NCBI GenBank assembly: GCA_013239625.1
Contig: MU053594.1
Coordinates: 646,355-710,354, forward strand
Reading direction: 5' to 3'
Source of the DNA: Lama guanicoe
Taxonomy: Eukaryota
DNA: 64,000 nt
Shown: positions 12,699-26,649 of the stretch, piece after piece
Layout: every line of letters starts with the position of its first letter
Numbering within the stretch: position 1 is the first letter of the stretch
Notes under the pieces: generated by a model
Database searches by the model: none
What the model saw: the letters and a program-made list of their open reading frames with translations, nothing else
What the model was told of the DNA's origin: nothing
Translations under genes and position numbers: made by a program

Positions 12699-14019
12699 GA
12701 GGCTCAGACCATCCATCACCTCCCAGGAGACAGGACCAAGGAGCTCAGCCCCTAGGAACTAAGAAATGGCTGTGACCGTGCATGTATTTGGAGCTTTTGC
12801 TCACAAGGCAGGGGATACCTGGGAGGAAGATGGAGGTGGCATGTGGAGGCTGGTGAGCAAATTGATCATATTTTCATGACCCCCAAATCAAAATGCTTGT
12901 TCTAACAAAAGAAAAAAAATTTAATAATATGCAGTCTTCTTTATCTGAAGTCTTATAAATGTAAGAAAAATTCGCCTTGGGTTATACATTTAGCCAATCT
13001 CTTTTTTTAAGAAGAGCAGGACATTTGGACCATCCTGGCAAATCCAGGGTGTCAGCTGTTGTGTGATCTTGGCACTTCCCACCTACACGAGCCCCAGAGT
13101 GGGTGCTGCTCTCACCTGCCTTCTCCGGACCCAGGACCAGACCAGACTCACCTGGAGCTCTCTCCTCCCCCAACAGGCACAGGCTCTGACATGGATGGAG
13201 AAACTTGAGGTACAGGCAAGGGCAGGGATCTAACTAGCAGGTCCTCCGGGTGTCCCTGGAGTGAGGAACCCCGCAGGCAGGCCTCTCCTTTGTGCTAGCT
13301 TCCCCCATGGTGCCCCTTGGAGCCCTGGGCAGAAGGAACAGAGGAAGAGATGGGGCTGGAGCTGGAGCAGGGGGAGCCTGGGGACCAGCCGTGTTCTCAG
13401 GCCTCCTGAGAAAATGCCAGCAGGGAAATGCCAGAAGGTCACTATCTTTTATTCATTCTCAGATGCACATCCTCTCCGACATTTTAATGGCTCTGAAACC
13501 AGAATGCATCTTACAATTGGCCCCATCTTAAAGCCTAAAGCTTTTGTATTGGGGTTTGATGGCATCTTGTTTCTTCCCTAGTGGTACCTGAGACATCGGT
13601 ACACCTTACATTTAATTCTGTCTTAGAGCCTAGGAAACATGGCCATTGGTATATAGTCTCTGGCTGTAGCAGGTGGGCTGGGAGAGCATGCTCTTCCAGG
13701 CCACTTGCCACCTCATCCTGAGGGTCACTCAGATTTATCCAGCAACCACGACCCAGGCATACACTGCCTTTTCTTTCCTTCACTCCTTCTCAAGGAGTCG
13801 ATTGCTACATCTTGGAATTCTTCTCTCATCTAGACCCTCACTTTCCAATGACAAGACATAGGAGGAGTCCAGCTGGACCTCTGACCCTGATGGGCTGCAT
13901 TTGAACAGCACCTGTCACTTCATCTCTCGGAGCCTGAGGCTTGTCTGATTGCTTGTTTCTTTGAACGATGTTACCTGGTTTTTTTTTTTTTTTAAAGATT
14001 TGGCTTTTCCTGAGGGTTT

Positions 14020-14195
14020 ACCTGTGCCGGCCACACATGCATCATCTTACCTAAATCCTCACAACAATAATTGCTCTCCCTATTTTGCAGATGGGAAAAC
14101 TGAGGCTCAAGAAAGCCCAATAATCTGGCCAAGACCCCTGGCCTAGGAAGGCGAGAGGTGGGATTTAGCCCAGGTGTTTTGGTCTTCAGCCCCTA
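14020..14195 (-). mobile_element. MIR SINE
   Basis: aatcctcacaacaa...cctattttgcagatgggaaaactgaggctca core (reverse). Confidence 0.75.
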
Positions 14196-16589
14196 TGTGA
14201 TACTGGTACCTCTCCATCCGGGGAGAAGGGAGGATTTGCTGACAGCCGAATCCCCACTCCTCTTGATGTTGTGTGAGAGCTAGCCAGGCAGCCCCTGCTG
14301 GTGGGTGACGTCAGCCCCACTTAGGAAGGATGCTGAGGACGCAAGAAGGACTGGGCTCACTCTGGGTGCTGGTTAGTAGGGTCTTATAAACATTTAGGCA
14401 TGTTCTATGTTTCTCCATTTTTTCAACAATGAAATTATATTACATTTGTATCAACAAAAAGCAACAAGAACAATTGAGAAGAAATGCTCCATTAGAAAAT
14501 GCAGTGCCTGAGGTGTTTCCAGCTTCTGGTGAGACTTGCTCTGCAGGGTAATGGGCACGGGAGAGGAATGAGTGCTCACCGCCGACCCCTCCCTGAGGGG
14601 CAATGCTCACATTTGCCATTGAAATTGTACCCATAATGTAAGTTTTGGCTGTTCTTCCTGCTCCAGGAAGCCCTCCATGAACACTCCAGCTGTGCCCGTG
14701 CACATGTGCTGTCTGGTGTCTGAACATCACTTTACTGGGCACTGTGGGGTGCCACCCGGACACTCTGTGGGTCTAAAGGGCTCCTTCCCCAACCACAGGG
14801 AGTGCTGGCAACTGACCATTCCAGCCGGTCTGGCTTCTGGGCGATTGCCCCCCTGCTGAGGAGAGATGCCTCTTTCAAGGTCACATCTTTTCCCTGGACA
14901 GGACACAACCTATGTATGGCGTTATGAAAGGGAGGAAAGGCTCGACCCTGTTGCCCTAATTCAGGCAGCTGCGCAAGGCTTTCTGAGGTGGTCACCAAGG
15001 CTTTGCTTGACTGTGAAGCAGCCCGGTTTCTCCACTGCCCCATCCTGCCTCCTTCACTTCCCTGCCAGTCTTGATCCCGAGAGCACCCCCAACACATCTG
15101 TGTGCTGACATCCTCCTCACAGTCTGCTTTCTGAGGACCCAGCAGCACCCACGATACTCCTGGGCTGCACCTCTCCTTTGTCGCGTATTAACCTAATGGT
15201 CTACGTTAATAGTTACATTTCAAGTGCGGAGGGTTTTTCTTCCCAGTTGGACTCACAGAGCCTCTGATGCAGTTCCACAAACAGCTTTTAAACACTTCCT
15301 GCCTGCAAATCACAGCGTTAGGAGTCGGAGGAGAAGAACAAGACAGTATGCTCTTTTGTTTATTTCACAAAGAAGATGAAGTGTGAGCCAGACACGGTGT
15401 AACCCTTGAGATGCTCACACCCCAGTTAACACAAATGGGGAATGTTCCAGAACAACGCCCTGAAGCAGTGCCTCCCAAGGAAGGAGGCAGATGGTCCAGC
15501 CGAGGGGACTTGGGATGGATTCCAGGGCAGGAAGACTCTGAGCAAATCTTGCTTTGAAGAATTTGTAGGGACTGGTCAGGAGAAGCGAGGGAGAGGAGGC
15601 TTTCCAGACACTTTTCTGATTTGTAAAGTGGGAATAAGAATGACAAGCCTTAGAGGTTGTTTTGAGGATAAACGAGACAGTATATTAAAAAAAGAAAAAA
15701 AATTGGCAACCTTTCAAATCCTTTACAAGTAGATGAAGTTACCACCGTAGAATCGTGCTGCAGAATCAGAAGTGTGGTTCGGCATGGAGAATGAGTGGGG
15801 TGGGGGAGACAGGACTGAGAGTCCCCATCAGATGCCACTGGCCTTACCCAGAGAGGGACTAAGGAATGGGAGGAGGGGCAGAGAGGAGCAGTCAGGATTC
15901 CCAGGGGAAAGGAGCATGTCTCCAGGTCCCTGGCAGTGTTTGGCTCCCGTTGAGCTCCATAGATGCTGACTGAGCAAATGCATGGCGGGAGCAGCCCCTG
16001 TGGCCCGATCGATGCCTGCATGCAGGTCTCCCGCTGTGGGCTTTGCAGAGGGCAGCTCCATATGACACAGTGCTTCACTACTTTGGAACTGGAAGACTTG
16101 CTTCAGGGGTAGCAGTCACCCCGTGTGGAGTGGAACTGGGCATTTTGCTTCCCCGAAGGGGCTCCAGAATGGTGCTGCTGGCTCAGACATCTTCCAGCCT
16201 CCCCTGCTGAGAGCTGGTGGAGCAGGTGTGTCAGAGGGATGAGGGTGTAGAGGTGGGCAGACCCTTCTCCAGGGCTCCTCTCTGACCTGTGGCAGCTGGG
16301 GTGCCCTCCTCCCTGGTTTGGACAGTGTATCACTTTGAAACGGAATGGCATAAATTGCTGGATTTCAAATCCGTTTGGGTAGCAAAACCCCTGGAAGTCA
16401 CTGCGCTTTGTGTGGAGTACCTTGAAATGCTGAGCATTTAGTTTCATTGTGTAAATTAGGAACACTTTTGTTAGCAGGAAAGCCCACTATATTAGATGTG
16501 CATTATATTTCAATCACCACCAGAACACAGGGTGTCAAACTCATCGGTGCCCGCTGCTTTTCAAGTCTGCCTTTGAGCCCCCTGCTTCC

Positions 16590-17915
16590 TTTTCTCAGTG
16601 AGTAGAATTACCAAGCCTCCTGGAGTCCAGAGCAGAAATCTGGAGTTGGCCTCGTCTCCTTCTCTCCCTGCTTCCCCCAACCCCAACTCTCACGCCACGT
16701 CTATCCAGGGACCAGATACCATGAAACTGACTTCCAAGTTAGCTTCTGATTCTGAACATGTCTCTCCATGCTCATACCCCAACTTCATTCAGGTGACCAC
16801 CATCTCTTACCTGAATTACAGCCACAGCCTCACTCCCCTCTAACATCCCCTCTATACTGCACAGCCAGTGACCTTTCCAAAACCGCAATCCAATGGAGTC
16901 ATCCCTCTGCATCCAGCCATTCGGGGGGCTCCAAGCTTATAAGACCCCCATCTGGCCCCAGAATGGCCCTCCAGTTTAATTTCCTCCTGCTTCATCATCA
17001 TGCCCTATTTTTAGCCAGATAGACATATCTGCTTTTGGAGCTGTGTTGTGTTCTCTCTGGCTGGGACGTCTCCCTGCACTCAGTTGCCTGGCTGACTCTG
17101 CTTTCTTCTTCATCTCAGATGATGCCTCTTTCAGGAAGTCTTCTCCCCTGAGATGAGACGCCCGTTCCTCATGGCTCTCAGTGCAACAGTGTAGAACCTC
17201 GTCAGCTCTTACGTGGGTTCCTGCAGCCTCTGAGCCGGTGTCCTGTCTGCCACCCCACTTAGCCCCGCCCTTTTCCATTCTCTACCCAGTAGTGAGAATC
17301 TTCTCTCTGAAAGGCAGATCTGATCATGTGCCTCCCACTGCCCTAGGGTCACATCTACACTAGCATGGCTTATAAGACCTACGATCTCACCTGTTGCAAC
17401 CTCTCCAGTTCAGTTCATGCCAAGCCCACCATCCTCCATCTGTTCTAAACCTCTTGCTAACCTTCCAGCATGGCACCCACTCTCTGGTTCTGCTATTTGC
17501 ATAACTGCTTCCTAAGGTCTGGACCCTTCCCCTGGCTCCCAACTCTTTACCTAATTCCTGCACATCCTTCGGGTGTCTGTTGAACCTCACTTCCTTGGGA
17601 AATTCTTTGAATCCTTAAAGTAGGCTATGCCTCTCTCCCCATTCCATTTCCTAGTGCCTCCCACTTGTCGGTTTAATTGCTTGGTTAATTAGCTATTATT
17701 TCTTTTAGAATGCAAGCTGGAGAACCATGCATATCTTGTTCCTGCCTCTGTTCCCAGCACCACATAGAACAATGTTCAGTAAATACTTACCGAATCCGGA
17801 GTGAACGAATTTCCATTCTTAACGCTAGAAGCTGGAACTCCTTGTGAACTTGTCTTAAGTGTGTGGGACATGGGATGTGCTTAATAAGTGTTTATTGAGT
17901 AAACGAATGAATGAA
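16590..17915 (+). mobile_element. L2 fragments upstream of DRD2 exon 2
   Basis: L2-type motifs (caccatctcttacctgaatta, cttcaggaagtcttc, tagaatgcaagct, gttcagtaaatacttac...gaatgaatga). Confidence 0.6.
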
Positions 17916-18186
17916 AGATCAACTCTTTTCACGGTGATTGATTTTACTCTACTTTAAAAAATTATACCCTCTCGTTTGTGTTACCATCTGCAGATTTGCT
18001 AGCAGATTTGTGGCAGCAGGCCTCAAAGTCGTAAGAAAAGTTTTGGATGCAAACGTCAAAATCCTGAGGCTGGAGAATTCTCTCTTTTAACCTCCAGTGG
18101 CAGCAAGCTTTGGGAGTTCCTCCCGCTCATCCCTGTGTCTGTCACTCCCGAACAGAGCCTGGCCACCCCGTGGCCCCGCCGCCCCA

Positions 18187-18471
18187 ATGGATCCACTGAA
18201 CCTGTCCTGGTACGATGACGTTCGGGGGAGCTGGAACTGGAGCCGGCCCTTCAACGGGTCCGAGGGGAAGGCTGACAGGCCCCAGTACAACTACTACGCC
18301 ATGCTGCTCACCCTCCTCATCTTCGTCATCGTCTTTGGCAACGTGCTGGTGTGCATGGCCGTGTCCCGCGAGAAGGCACTACAGACCACCACCAACTACC
18401 TGATCGTCAGCCTGGCCGTGGCCGACCTCCTGGTGGCCACGCTCGTCATGCCCTGGGTGGTCTACCTGGAG
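18187..18471 (+). CDS. DRD2: Dopamine D2 receptor, exon 2 (first coding exon; exon starts at 18156): N-terminus, TM1, TM2
   Basis: ATG at 18187 gives [11 protein letters not shown]...[45 protein letters not shown]. Acceptor AG at 18154-18155, donor GTAGGT at 18472. 285 coding nt. Confidence 0.99.
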
Positions 18472-21400
18472 GTAGGTCTGGGCCCCGCCTGGCTCGGCGC
18501 CTTCCCCGGAGTCCAGGCTCCTCGCTGGTTCCTCCCAAGAGTGTGCCTTTTTGGGTGGTCTCTTCCTCCACTCTGTAAGCTGAGTCTTATAAAGTGGGCA
18601 GATTGTCTCGTTAATAATCCCAAATGCCACTTGGAGAGTGCTTGCCTAGTACCAGGCCTCGTGTTCGCCTTTACAGTCAGTGCCCCAACCCCTGCCCCGA
18701 GTCAGCATCTTAGAGAGGCTGAGCCGGATGGTCAGAGAAGTTAAGCGGCAGGTCCAAGCTGGAGCTCTGGTCCCGGGGAGTCAGTTCAGTAGGTCATGTT
18801 GGAGACGGGAATCACTGACGAGGGTCCCGGAGGATGGGACAGGCTCGTGCTTCATCCTCTCTCCTCGCTTCATACTGGGGGCTCCTGCCCTGCATTCTCC
18901 TCCCCTCCCTTCTGCCCGTGTGTCCTAGCCTGCATCTGGGACCTCCAGGTAGAAGGACACTGCACCCCCTTTCCTCAGGAAGGACCACATAGTGGCCCAT
19001 GGCTCAGCCAGGAACGCAGCCCAGCTCCGCGCCTGGAATAGCGAGTAGGCAGCCCCCGCTACGGGCCAGGCACTTCACAGACACAGACTTAGCAAAAACG
19101 CATGCTGATCCTGAGTGGACAGCATCCTTCTCACCTGAAGGAAGAGGAAACAGAAGGTTTGAGAAGTTGCCTGTCTTCACCTAGATCACACAGCAAATGG
19201 AGAAACCTCTGACAGAGAAGTCCCGAAGGGGCACCCACCTCCAGAGGACACTTTTCAGAGCTGGCAGGCAGATGAGGGAGGGTCTGGGGAATTCGGGCGG
19301 CACAGGCTGCATCCTGCTCTTTTCTCTGCCCAGGGCTCTGGGGCAGAGTCTGGGTGCTTGGGAAGCTGACCAGGTGTTCAGGAAAGAGCCAACGCCAAGG
19401 TCACTAAGGTCTCTGAGCTGTTCCCTTCCCGCTCCTGACGAGAGGGGAATTGACCTGTATCACAGAGACAAGCCCCTTCCTGGGAGGGAAGGGCTTCCAC
19501 CTTCCAAAAAAGTCATGAAGCCTTTGTAGGTTTAAGCAGAGGAGAAGCAGCCGAGGTGGGGAGGGGGCTGGCCTCCCTGTCCCTCCGTGACTGCACGTTT
19601 ATGCAGACCCCTCGACTCTGCCCGTCCCATGTCCTGGCTGAGGGGATGCTCTCTGAGGAGCCCCATCCTGATTCCCCTGCTCCCTTGCAAAGGAGGTTCC
19701 CACCCCTCAGACCATCAGGGAAAATTGATGGGTGGCTGGCTGGCCAGGCAAATAGCCTCTCTGTGCCTCATTTCCTTGTCCATAAAATGAAGATAATAAC
19801 AGTATTTATGTCATAGCACTGCTTAAGAATCACGTGAGTTAATATATGAAAATTGCTTAGAACGGCACTGGCCACATAGCACCGCGCAAAACTAGCCATG
19901 ACAATGGTGATGAAGGTGAAGATGAGGATATCCACCCCTCCCACACTGAAGGACCGTCCCAGTGCCCAGGCAAAGAGGCACCCTCCTCCAGAGTGAGGCG
20001 TCCTCTGCCCAGGGTTCTGAGCACAAGTTCTGGGCCTCCAGACCCACCACCCCTACCCAGGCACTCTAAGGCAGGGCCCAATCTGTGCATCAGGGCTCCC
20101 GGGCACCTGGAAGCCCTTCACACAGGTGTTTTAAACACGCCTCTTCACCATTATTTTAAAGGTGAAGCTCATTGTTTCCAGGGACGGTGGAGCATGGCGT
20201 CTCAGGGAGCGGTGCTCAAACTCCCATTAAAACAAGAGCTGGACTGGGGGCCCTGCTTACACGACACGGTCTCAGCTACTTATTGTCCCTGGGGAACGTC
20301 CCAAGTGGAGTCTCACCCTATCCCGGCATCCTTAAAACATCCTCGCAAACACATACTGTACTCTCTCCAAGAGATGCTCTTCTTGTCCAGAATTTTCCAT
20401 CCTGTTCCATCTCCAGGGGTGTGAAACACCTCTGTTAGCCTGCCGTGTTGACATCTGACTAGGTGGCCCTGGATGGGCATTATTTACTCTGCGCTGTATA
20501 TGGAAAGCACGCTGGCTTGCGAGTGAGAGGGCCGGGTTCAATTCCTGACTCCACCACTTTCCATCTGGAGCAGCTCCTCAGAGAGGAGAGCCAGGGCCCA
20601 CGGGTCTGCACGTGCCGTTTCAGCCTCACAGCCCGTGGAGGGGAGGGTTCGCTGCGCGCATTTTCCAGAAGAGCAGATGTGACTGATTGAGGAAGTGAGC
20701 AGACTAAGATTTTGTACTTTTTATTCACTCCGTCAACATGGATGAAATGATCAGTGTCCTGCCCCACCCTTGGGGCTGGGGGCCAAGGCCCTGGCAGGGC
20801 CACTACAGTGCAGCCTGATGGAGATGACCACGGAGCAGCCCCCGCAGGAGGTGTGGGAGCATCACGGGGTGAGGAGGCGCACGACCCAGTCTGGAGGCGT
20901 TAGGGAAGCCTGGCAGGAAGAAGCGGTGCTTTCAGAAGGATTATCCAGGAGAGGGGGGAAGGCACTTGCACTCCTGGCAGAGAAAAGAAGTGTGCAAAGC
21001 CTCTGAGCAGGGAGGGGTGGCGGATGGGAGTAGCTGGCTGGAGGCGTCCAGGGGCAGTGGCCTCAGAGGTTTGCTGTCACATTCTACAGAAATGCGTGTG
21101 AAGCGTTTGGAACAGTGCCTGACACGTAGCTAGTGCTTCGTGTGTGCTAGTGAGTGTCAGGATTTAGCTGAGCCAGCTCGAGGCGGGTCCTGGAGGCCTC
21201 GGCCTCAAGTGAGCAAGAGTGTTGATGAAGGTGTCCAAAGGTGTGGAGGAAACAGCCGTGCGGTGAGACTAGGAAACCTGGGGACCGGTCCTCCCTCTGT
21301 TGCTAAATCACCAGGTGGTCTCGGGCAAGTCTCTTGCCCCCCACCGACCCCTAGTTAGTCTGTCTTTGCCACGACCATCTCTCCGTTCCTGCTTTACATT

Positions 21401-22830
21401 TACCTGGTACTTTTTACATAATCATCTCGTCTTTTTGACGAGCTAGACATCCCCTTCCAAGGCAGCTCAGGAGAGAGCATAGGACGTGCTGCCCAAAGAG
21501 CTTGCTGGGAACTCCAGCCCTGCTGCACACGAGCTGGGTGTGCCCTCTGAGTTTCATTCCCTCATCCCGGAGCGGACATAAGCAACCCCTTCCTTCACAG
21601 GCTCTAAGAACAATAAACGAGGTAAAGTATGCGCTCACAGTAGATGCTTTAGAAACAGTGGCCACCAACACACTATCTTGAGCCATTGATTCAACCGCCC
21701 CCTAACTGCATTTTAGAACAACTGTTCCTAGGACCTCGGAGGAAGCCCCCCCTTCTTCTGTGCTCCAGGAAGGCTTCTGGGGACAGGGATTGAGAGCTCC
21801 CTAAAGACAGGGACTATGTCAGGAATGTTTACCACTGTACCTAAGAGTCTAGGACAGAGCTGGACACAAAGTAAGTTGCTCGATAGGTGTCTGAAGGAAA
21901 GAAGGAAGGCAGGGGAGAGGGAAGGGAGCAGGGAGGATGGGGAAGAAAGCCCTGATATCTCAGACCTAGATCCCCAGGGCGATGAAAGCCGCTCAGAAAT
22001 GCTCGTCCCAGGAGGTCATCAAGGTGGAGCACAGACCAGGTGGCCCTGGGACCCTTCCCGTGGCCCCCTGAAGGTAGACTCTGTTGATGCCAGGGGAGCC
22101 AGCCCCTTCCATCCCCTCCACCACCATGCCCCGCCCTGCCCTGCCCCCCGACATCCAGTTCCTGCCCGCCTGGCCAGAGCTTGGACACCCTTGCCCCATG
22201 TAAGCCCCAGAGAGGGCAGCATCACACAATAAGCGTCCTGTCTGCTGGGAAAAGCCGCTGTTTCCTCCACGCAGAGCTCATCACTGCACTTAAATGCCAC
22301 CGATTGTTTTTATGTCTGAGAACAGCGAAGGGGGCAGTGCTGAGAACGAACATTATCACTTGGCCGGCCGCCATGCTGTGCCCCGCAGAGTGGGTACCGC
22401 GCTGCTCCGGTCACCGGGAGGGGCTGTCTTGCTCCTCTTTTCTCCGATATATTGTCACCCAAGTTGTATCTCCCTGTCCTGACTCTGTCCTTGGGGTGGA
22501 GCCTGGTCTAAACTCCCATGGTTGCTGGGGCCAGCCTGCTGTGCGAGTGTGCGTGCCTGTGTGCGTAAGCAGGAGGTGTGGGGGTATGGGTGTGCACGGG
22601 GCGGGGGGATGAGTGTGTGTGTTTGTGGGGAGAGGGGTGCAAAACGCCCTTGCTGGGAGCCAGACTCCTCGTCTTCCATCGAACCTGAGGTGCACCGTCG
22701 CACACCTCCCCCAGCGCGTTCTTTTCTTCCTGAAGATCTAGCCGAGGTTTTCCTTCTTTCGTTCTCCAGGTGTCACAAGGAGCAGAAATGTCTTCCCTGT
22801 TTCCTCATCACTGTCATCACCATTGCTCTT

Positions 22831-23013
22831 TTTTTTTTAATATTTTATTTTGTTTGTAGGTTTTTGGGGGTTTTTTTGGTTTTGGGATTTTTTGGGGTGG
22901 AGGAGGTAATTTGGTTTATTTATTTAGTTATTTTAATGGAGGTACTGGGGATTGAACCCAGAGCCTCGTGCATGCTAAGCATGTGCTCTAACCACTGGGC
23001 ATACCCTCCCCTC
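22831..23013 (-). mobile_element. Vic-1-type SINE in DRD2 intron 2
   Basis: Same tRNA-like head and A-rich tail. 14-bp TSD tcaccattgctctt (22817-22830) / tcaccattgttctt (23014-23027). Confidence 0.92.
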
Positions 23014-23505
23014 TCACCATTGTTCTTAATAGATACTTACTCGCCTACTCTGTGCCACACCCCACCCTGGGCACTGAAGGAGTGGCCTGACTCTCCCAGA
23101 AACCTGGGCTAGGGTGGGTTCAGACACTGAGCTAAAAGGCAGTGAGCGAGTCACCACACTTTTCTGAGGCTCAGTTTCCTCACTGGTAGCATGGGGATCG
23201 TAAGGTGTCCACACAAAGGTTTTAAGGATGAGAGTTCAAAGCTGAGGCACTTGTAAAGGTGGGTCATTTTTCTTCTAGCACACTTCTTGGCACAAAGTGG
23301 CCTCGTGTGGAGGAGAGACGGCTAGGGCAAAGGCTTCAGACACCCTTGGGCACAACTCCCCATTGCTGCCCCCCTCCCCCAGCCGGAGATCCACAAGCCC
23401 CCCACCGAGCCCATGGCCCGATCTGCCCCGGGGGACTGAGCCACTGCGCCGCTCTCAAGCTAATCTCCCCTCTGCTGCCCACCCTTTATGTTGCTTCGTC
23501 CCCAG

Positions 23506-23615
23506 GTGGTGGGTGAGTGGAAATTCAGCAGGATTCACTGTGACATCTTTGTCACTCTGGATGTCATGATGTGCACAGCAAGCATCCTGAACCTGTGTGC
23601 CATTAGCATTGACAG
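23506..23615 (+). CDS. DRD2: DRD2 exon 3 (ECL1, TM3 with the amine-binding Asp, start of DRY)
   Basis: cccag|[52 protein letters not shown]. Donor GTGAG. 110 nt. Confidence 0.99.
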
Positions 23616-24644
23616 GTGAGCCCAGCCAGGGTGGGAGAGGTGACCCAGACCATTCACCTCTGGGGCTGCCCCACCTCTCCTTCAGGGTCAGGCTCGGTCT
23701 ACTATGCCATATGGCGGGTTGTGTGCCTGTGAGCCCACGTGTTTGTGTGTGTAAGGGTGCGCATGCGCACATGTGTGTGGGAGTGTGTGTCTGGCTGGGA
23801 GAGGTCAGACCCCCTAAAGGAGGCTGTCTTGCAGACAGTGATGCTACCAAGAGTACCCAGACAGTGACTAGCAAGGAAGAGAAAGCACTAAATGTAACCG
23901 AGCCCTACCTCTGTCACTGCTTACTTACGTGACCCTGGGCAGATTGTGGAAGTTCTCAGAACGCTAGTCTCATTGTCTAGAAACCCTGGCCACCTGCGGC
24001 CCTAGTGTCTGGTTGTGCGTTTCATGTCCAGCACAGGGCGCACGGCCAAGGGGGCCCAGGCCGTGCTCGCCTTGCTGAGCTGTATCCTCGGAGCCTGTTA
24101 CTGATTCGCACACACAGGTACGTGGGCTCCCAGAGGCTCTGGCTCCCCTCGCAGGGTTCTTGGAAGATGGAACGAGCTAACATCTGAGAAGTGCTGGATG
24201 GAGGGATGTGGGGTGCCATGCACAATGACGGCTACTGAATGAGACCTAACCCTTGCTCTGAGGGGCCTGGCTACCAATCCACCAACAAACACTTTTACCC
24301 TCCATGGGGCCAGCAGACATGCAGGGGGTACAGTTTCAAAGGTGCCAAGACCCAGGCCGTGGCTCCTCAAAAAGCCTGAAGTCCAAGCAGGGCAACTGGA
24401 GTAATAGGTCTGGTCCAGGATTAAATGGTAGATGGTCAGTCATTGAGCACTTGACTGGACATCACCAACTGTCCTCACTGTCTGAGTCGGGGACCAGAGA
24501 GAGGGTTGATTCAGAGTAGACAGGAGGTGGATTGACTGTCTGTCCCCCCATAGTGGGGTGTCTCTGGTGTGTGCACGTTGTTTAGTGAGCGGTCCCTCAG
24601 CCCGCATCCCAGACTCAGGGTCCCTGCACCCCCCGCCTGCGCAG

Positions 24645-24781
24645 GTACACAGCTGTGGCCATGCCCATGCTCTACAACACGCGCTATAGCTCCAAGCGCA
24701 GAGTCACTGTCATGATCACCATCGTCTGGGTCCTGTCCTTCACCATCTCCTGCCCACTGCTCTTTGGACTCAACAACACAG
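24645..24781 (+). CDS. DRD2: DRD2 exon 4 (ICL2, TM4)
   Basis: gcag|[52 protein letters not shown]. Donor GTGAGT. 137 nt. Confidence 0.99.
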
Positions 24782-25945
24782 GTGAGTCCAGCCTCTGTCT
24801 GTCTGGGGCCCTGCCCCCGCCCCTGTGCAGGACCCTGAGGGAGCTGAACCCTGGCGCAGACGCCGGTGGTGGCCCATTCACCACCCAGGACTGAGGCCAG
24901 GCTGGGCTTCCTGGGCCAAGCCCAACTCCTTGCACCTGGTAGAGTCAGACAGGAACAATGGCCCAGGCCGTGATGGAGTTGTGTGAGGAGTGGGGATAGT
25001 GATTCAGGAGGGTACCTGGACGTTTTCAACTTTGTTTATTAAATGGAAGCAGACCAGGAAGCCTTGTAAACCACATGTGTGTGCATGTCTGTGTGTGTGC
25101 ACCCACGAGAGGAGGCCGCTGGGCCTCCATCACCCCTGACAATGGTGTCTGTGTAATGAAGCTACAGCCCCAGGGCTGGGCAAACCCAGGCCAGGCTAGA
25201 TCTACCTGGAGCAGGAAAGGTAGAAACAAACAGAAGGCTAGCTGCCCGCGGCTGGTCCTGTGCGAAGCAGTCAGGAGCATCTCAGACAGAGGAGGCCCAG
25301 AGTGGGGGGTGGAGCTTGTCCTCATCTGGGAGGTGAGATGATACTGGGGACCATTACCGGATAGGATGCAAGGAAGCCTTGAAAGCATGTGGTTCAAAAT
25401 CTAAGTGTTATGGGAATTCCAAGAGGCAGGAATAGGGCTAACCGAGCTAGGATTATCTGGGAAGAGCCTGGGAGAGAGGACAAACACCTGCTAGATGTGA
25501 AAGGGAAATTGGAAACACAGTGGATCACAGGTGAGTTCAGCAAACAGGACCAAGTCATCTTGTTCCTAAAGTTAAAAGGTGTCAGACCTCCGCGCAATAC
25601 ACAAGAAAGGCTCAAGTGATGGTTTGCTCTTTTTAAATAATTTTCTTCCATCTTTTTTTTTCGGGAAACCGTGGCTCCCTGTGTTTACTCCTGGATGACA
25701 AAACTCGTGATGAAGTTATGAGGTGATAGTAAGGGAAACCCTTGGAAGCAGTCATCACAGCTTAGCTTTTTGCTCATGCTTGTTTCTAATACTTTGATTT
25801 ACGCTGTGTATTTATTACATCTAATATTTCCAGGCTGCCTTAGGCGTCTAGTCATGTTTTCTGTAACGCTGCTTCTTGGCCGGGAAGGCACCGTGGCCCC
25901 CGGGGGCCTGCTGACCTCCCACCCCTGGGGCTCTCCTCCCCCCAG

Positions 25946-26136
25946 ACCAGAACGAGTGCATCATCGCCAACCCCGCCTTCGTGGTCTACTCCTCCATCGT
26001 CTCCTTCTACGTGCCCTTCATCGTCACCCTGCTGGTCTACATCAAAATCTACATCGTCCTCCGCAGGCGGCGGAAGCGGGTCAACACCAAGCGCAGCAGC
26101 CGGGCATTCAGGGCCAACCTGAAGGCCCCGCTCAAG
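25946..26136 (+). CDS. DRD2: DRD2 exon 5 (ECL2, TM5, start of ICL3)
   Basis: cccag|[78 protein letters not shown]. Weak donor GTCCCG. 191 nt. Confidence 0.98.
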
Positions 26137-26649
26137 GTCCCGAGATCCTTCTCCCCCAACGTCCCTGTCTAACCATGACCCGGGGGCTCTCCGTGCTCGG
26201 TGGGGGCCTGGGACACTGCAGCCACCGGGGTCCAGGCTGGAGGAGCTCCGAGGAGCTGAGCGCAGGCAGATTCCGAAGGCTCGGACATCAGTGGGCGACG
26301 TGAACCTCCAGGAGTGGGAGGTTGGGAAGGGGGCGGAGACCACCTGGGAGGAGAGCTTTGTCTGAACGCAGCAGCTCTTGGTGCCTTCGTGGCTCTTCTC
26401 TCCCTCTTTCCTTCCTCCTCCTTTCCTCCCTCTGACCCTTCTGTCTCCTTTTCCATCCCTCTGACGCCTCCATCCCATCTCCTTTATTTCCCATGCTTTC
26501 CCCTCCTCTCTGTGCGTACCTCCTTCTTCCTCACCTGCTCCTGCCCACTTCCCTCCTCTGCCTCTCTTTCATCTCCATGCTGACGTCTTGTGACTGCTCC
26601 CCTCTGCTCAGCCCTGCCTGAGGAAGATGGTAGGTGGGCAGGGAAGGAA

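Noticed and set aside
1..18155. DRD2 non-coding exon 1 and main promoter
   Set aside because: No CpG-island promoter is visible here. Intron 1 is known to be tens of kb long, so exon 1 should lie upstream of the window.
26137..26142. Weak DRD2 exon 5 donor GTCCCG as a possible lesion
   Set aside because: GT is intact, and exon length and phase are correct. As I recall, the human donor here is also non-consensus.
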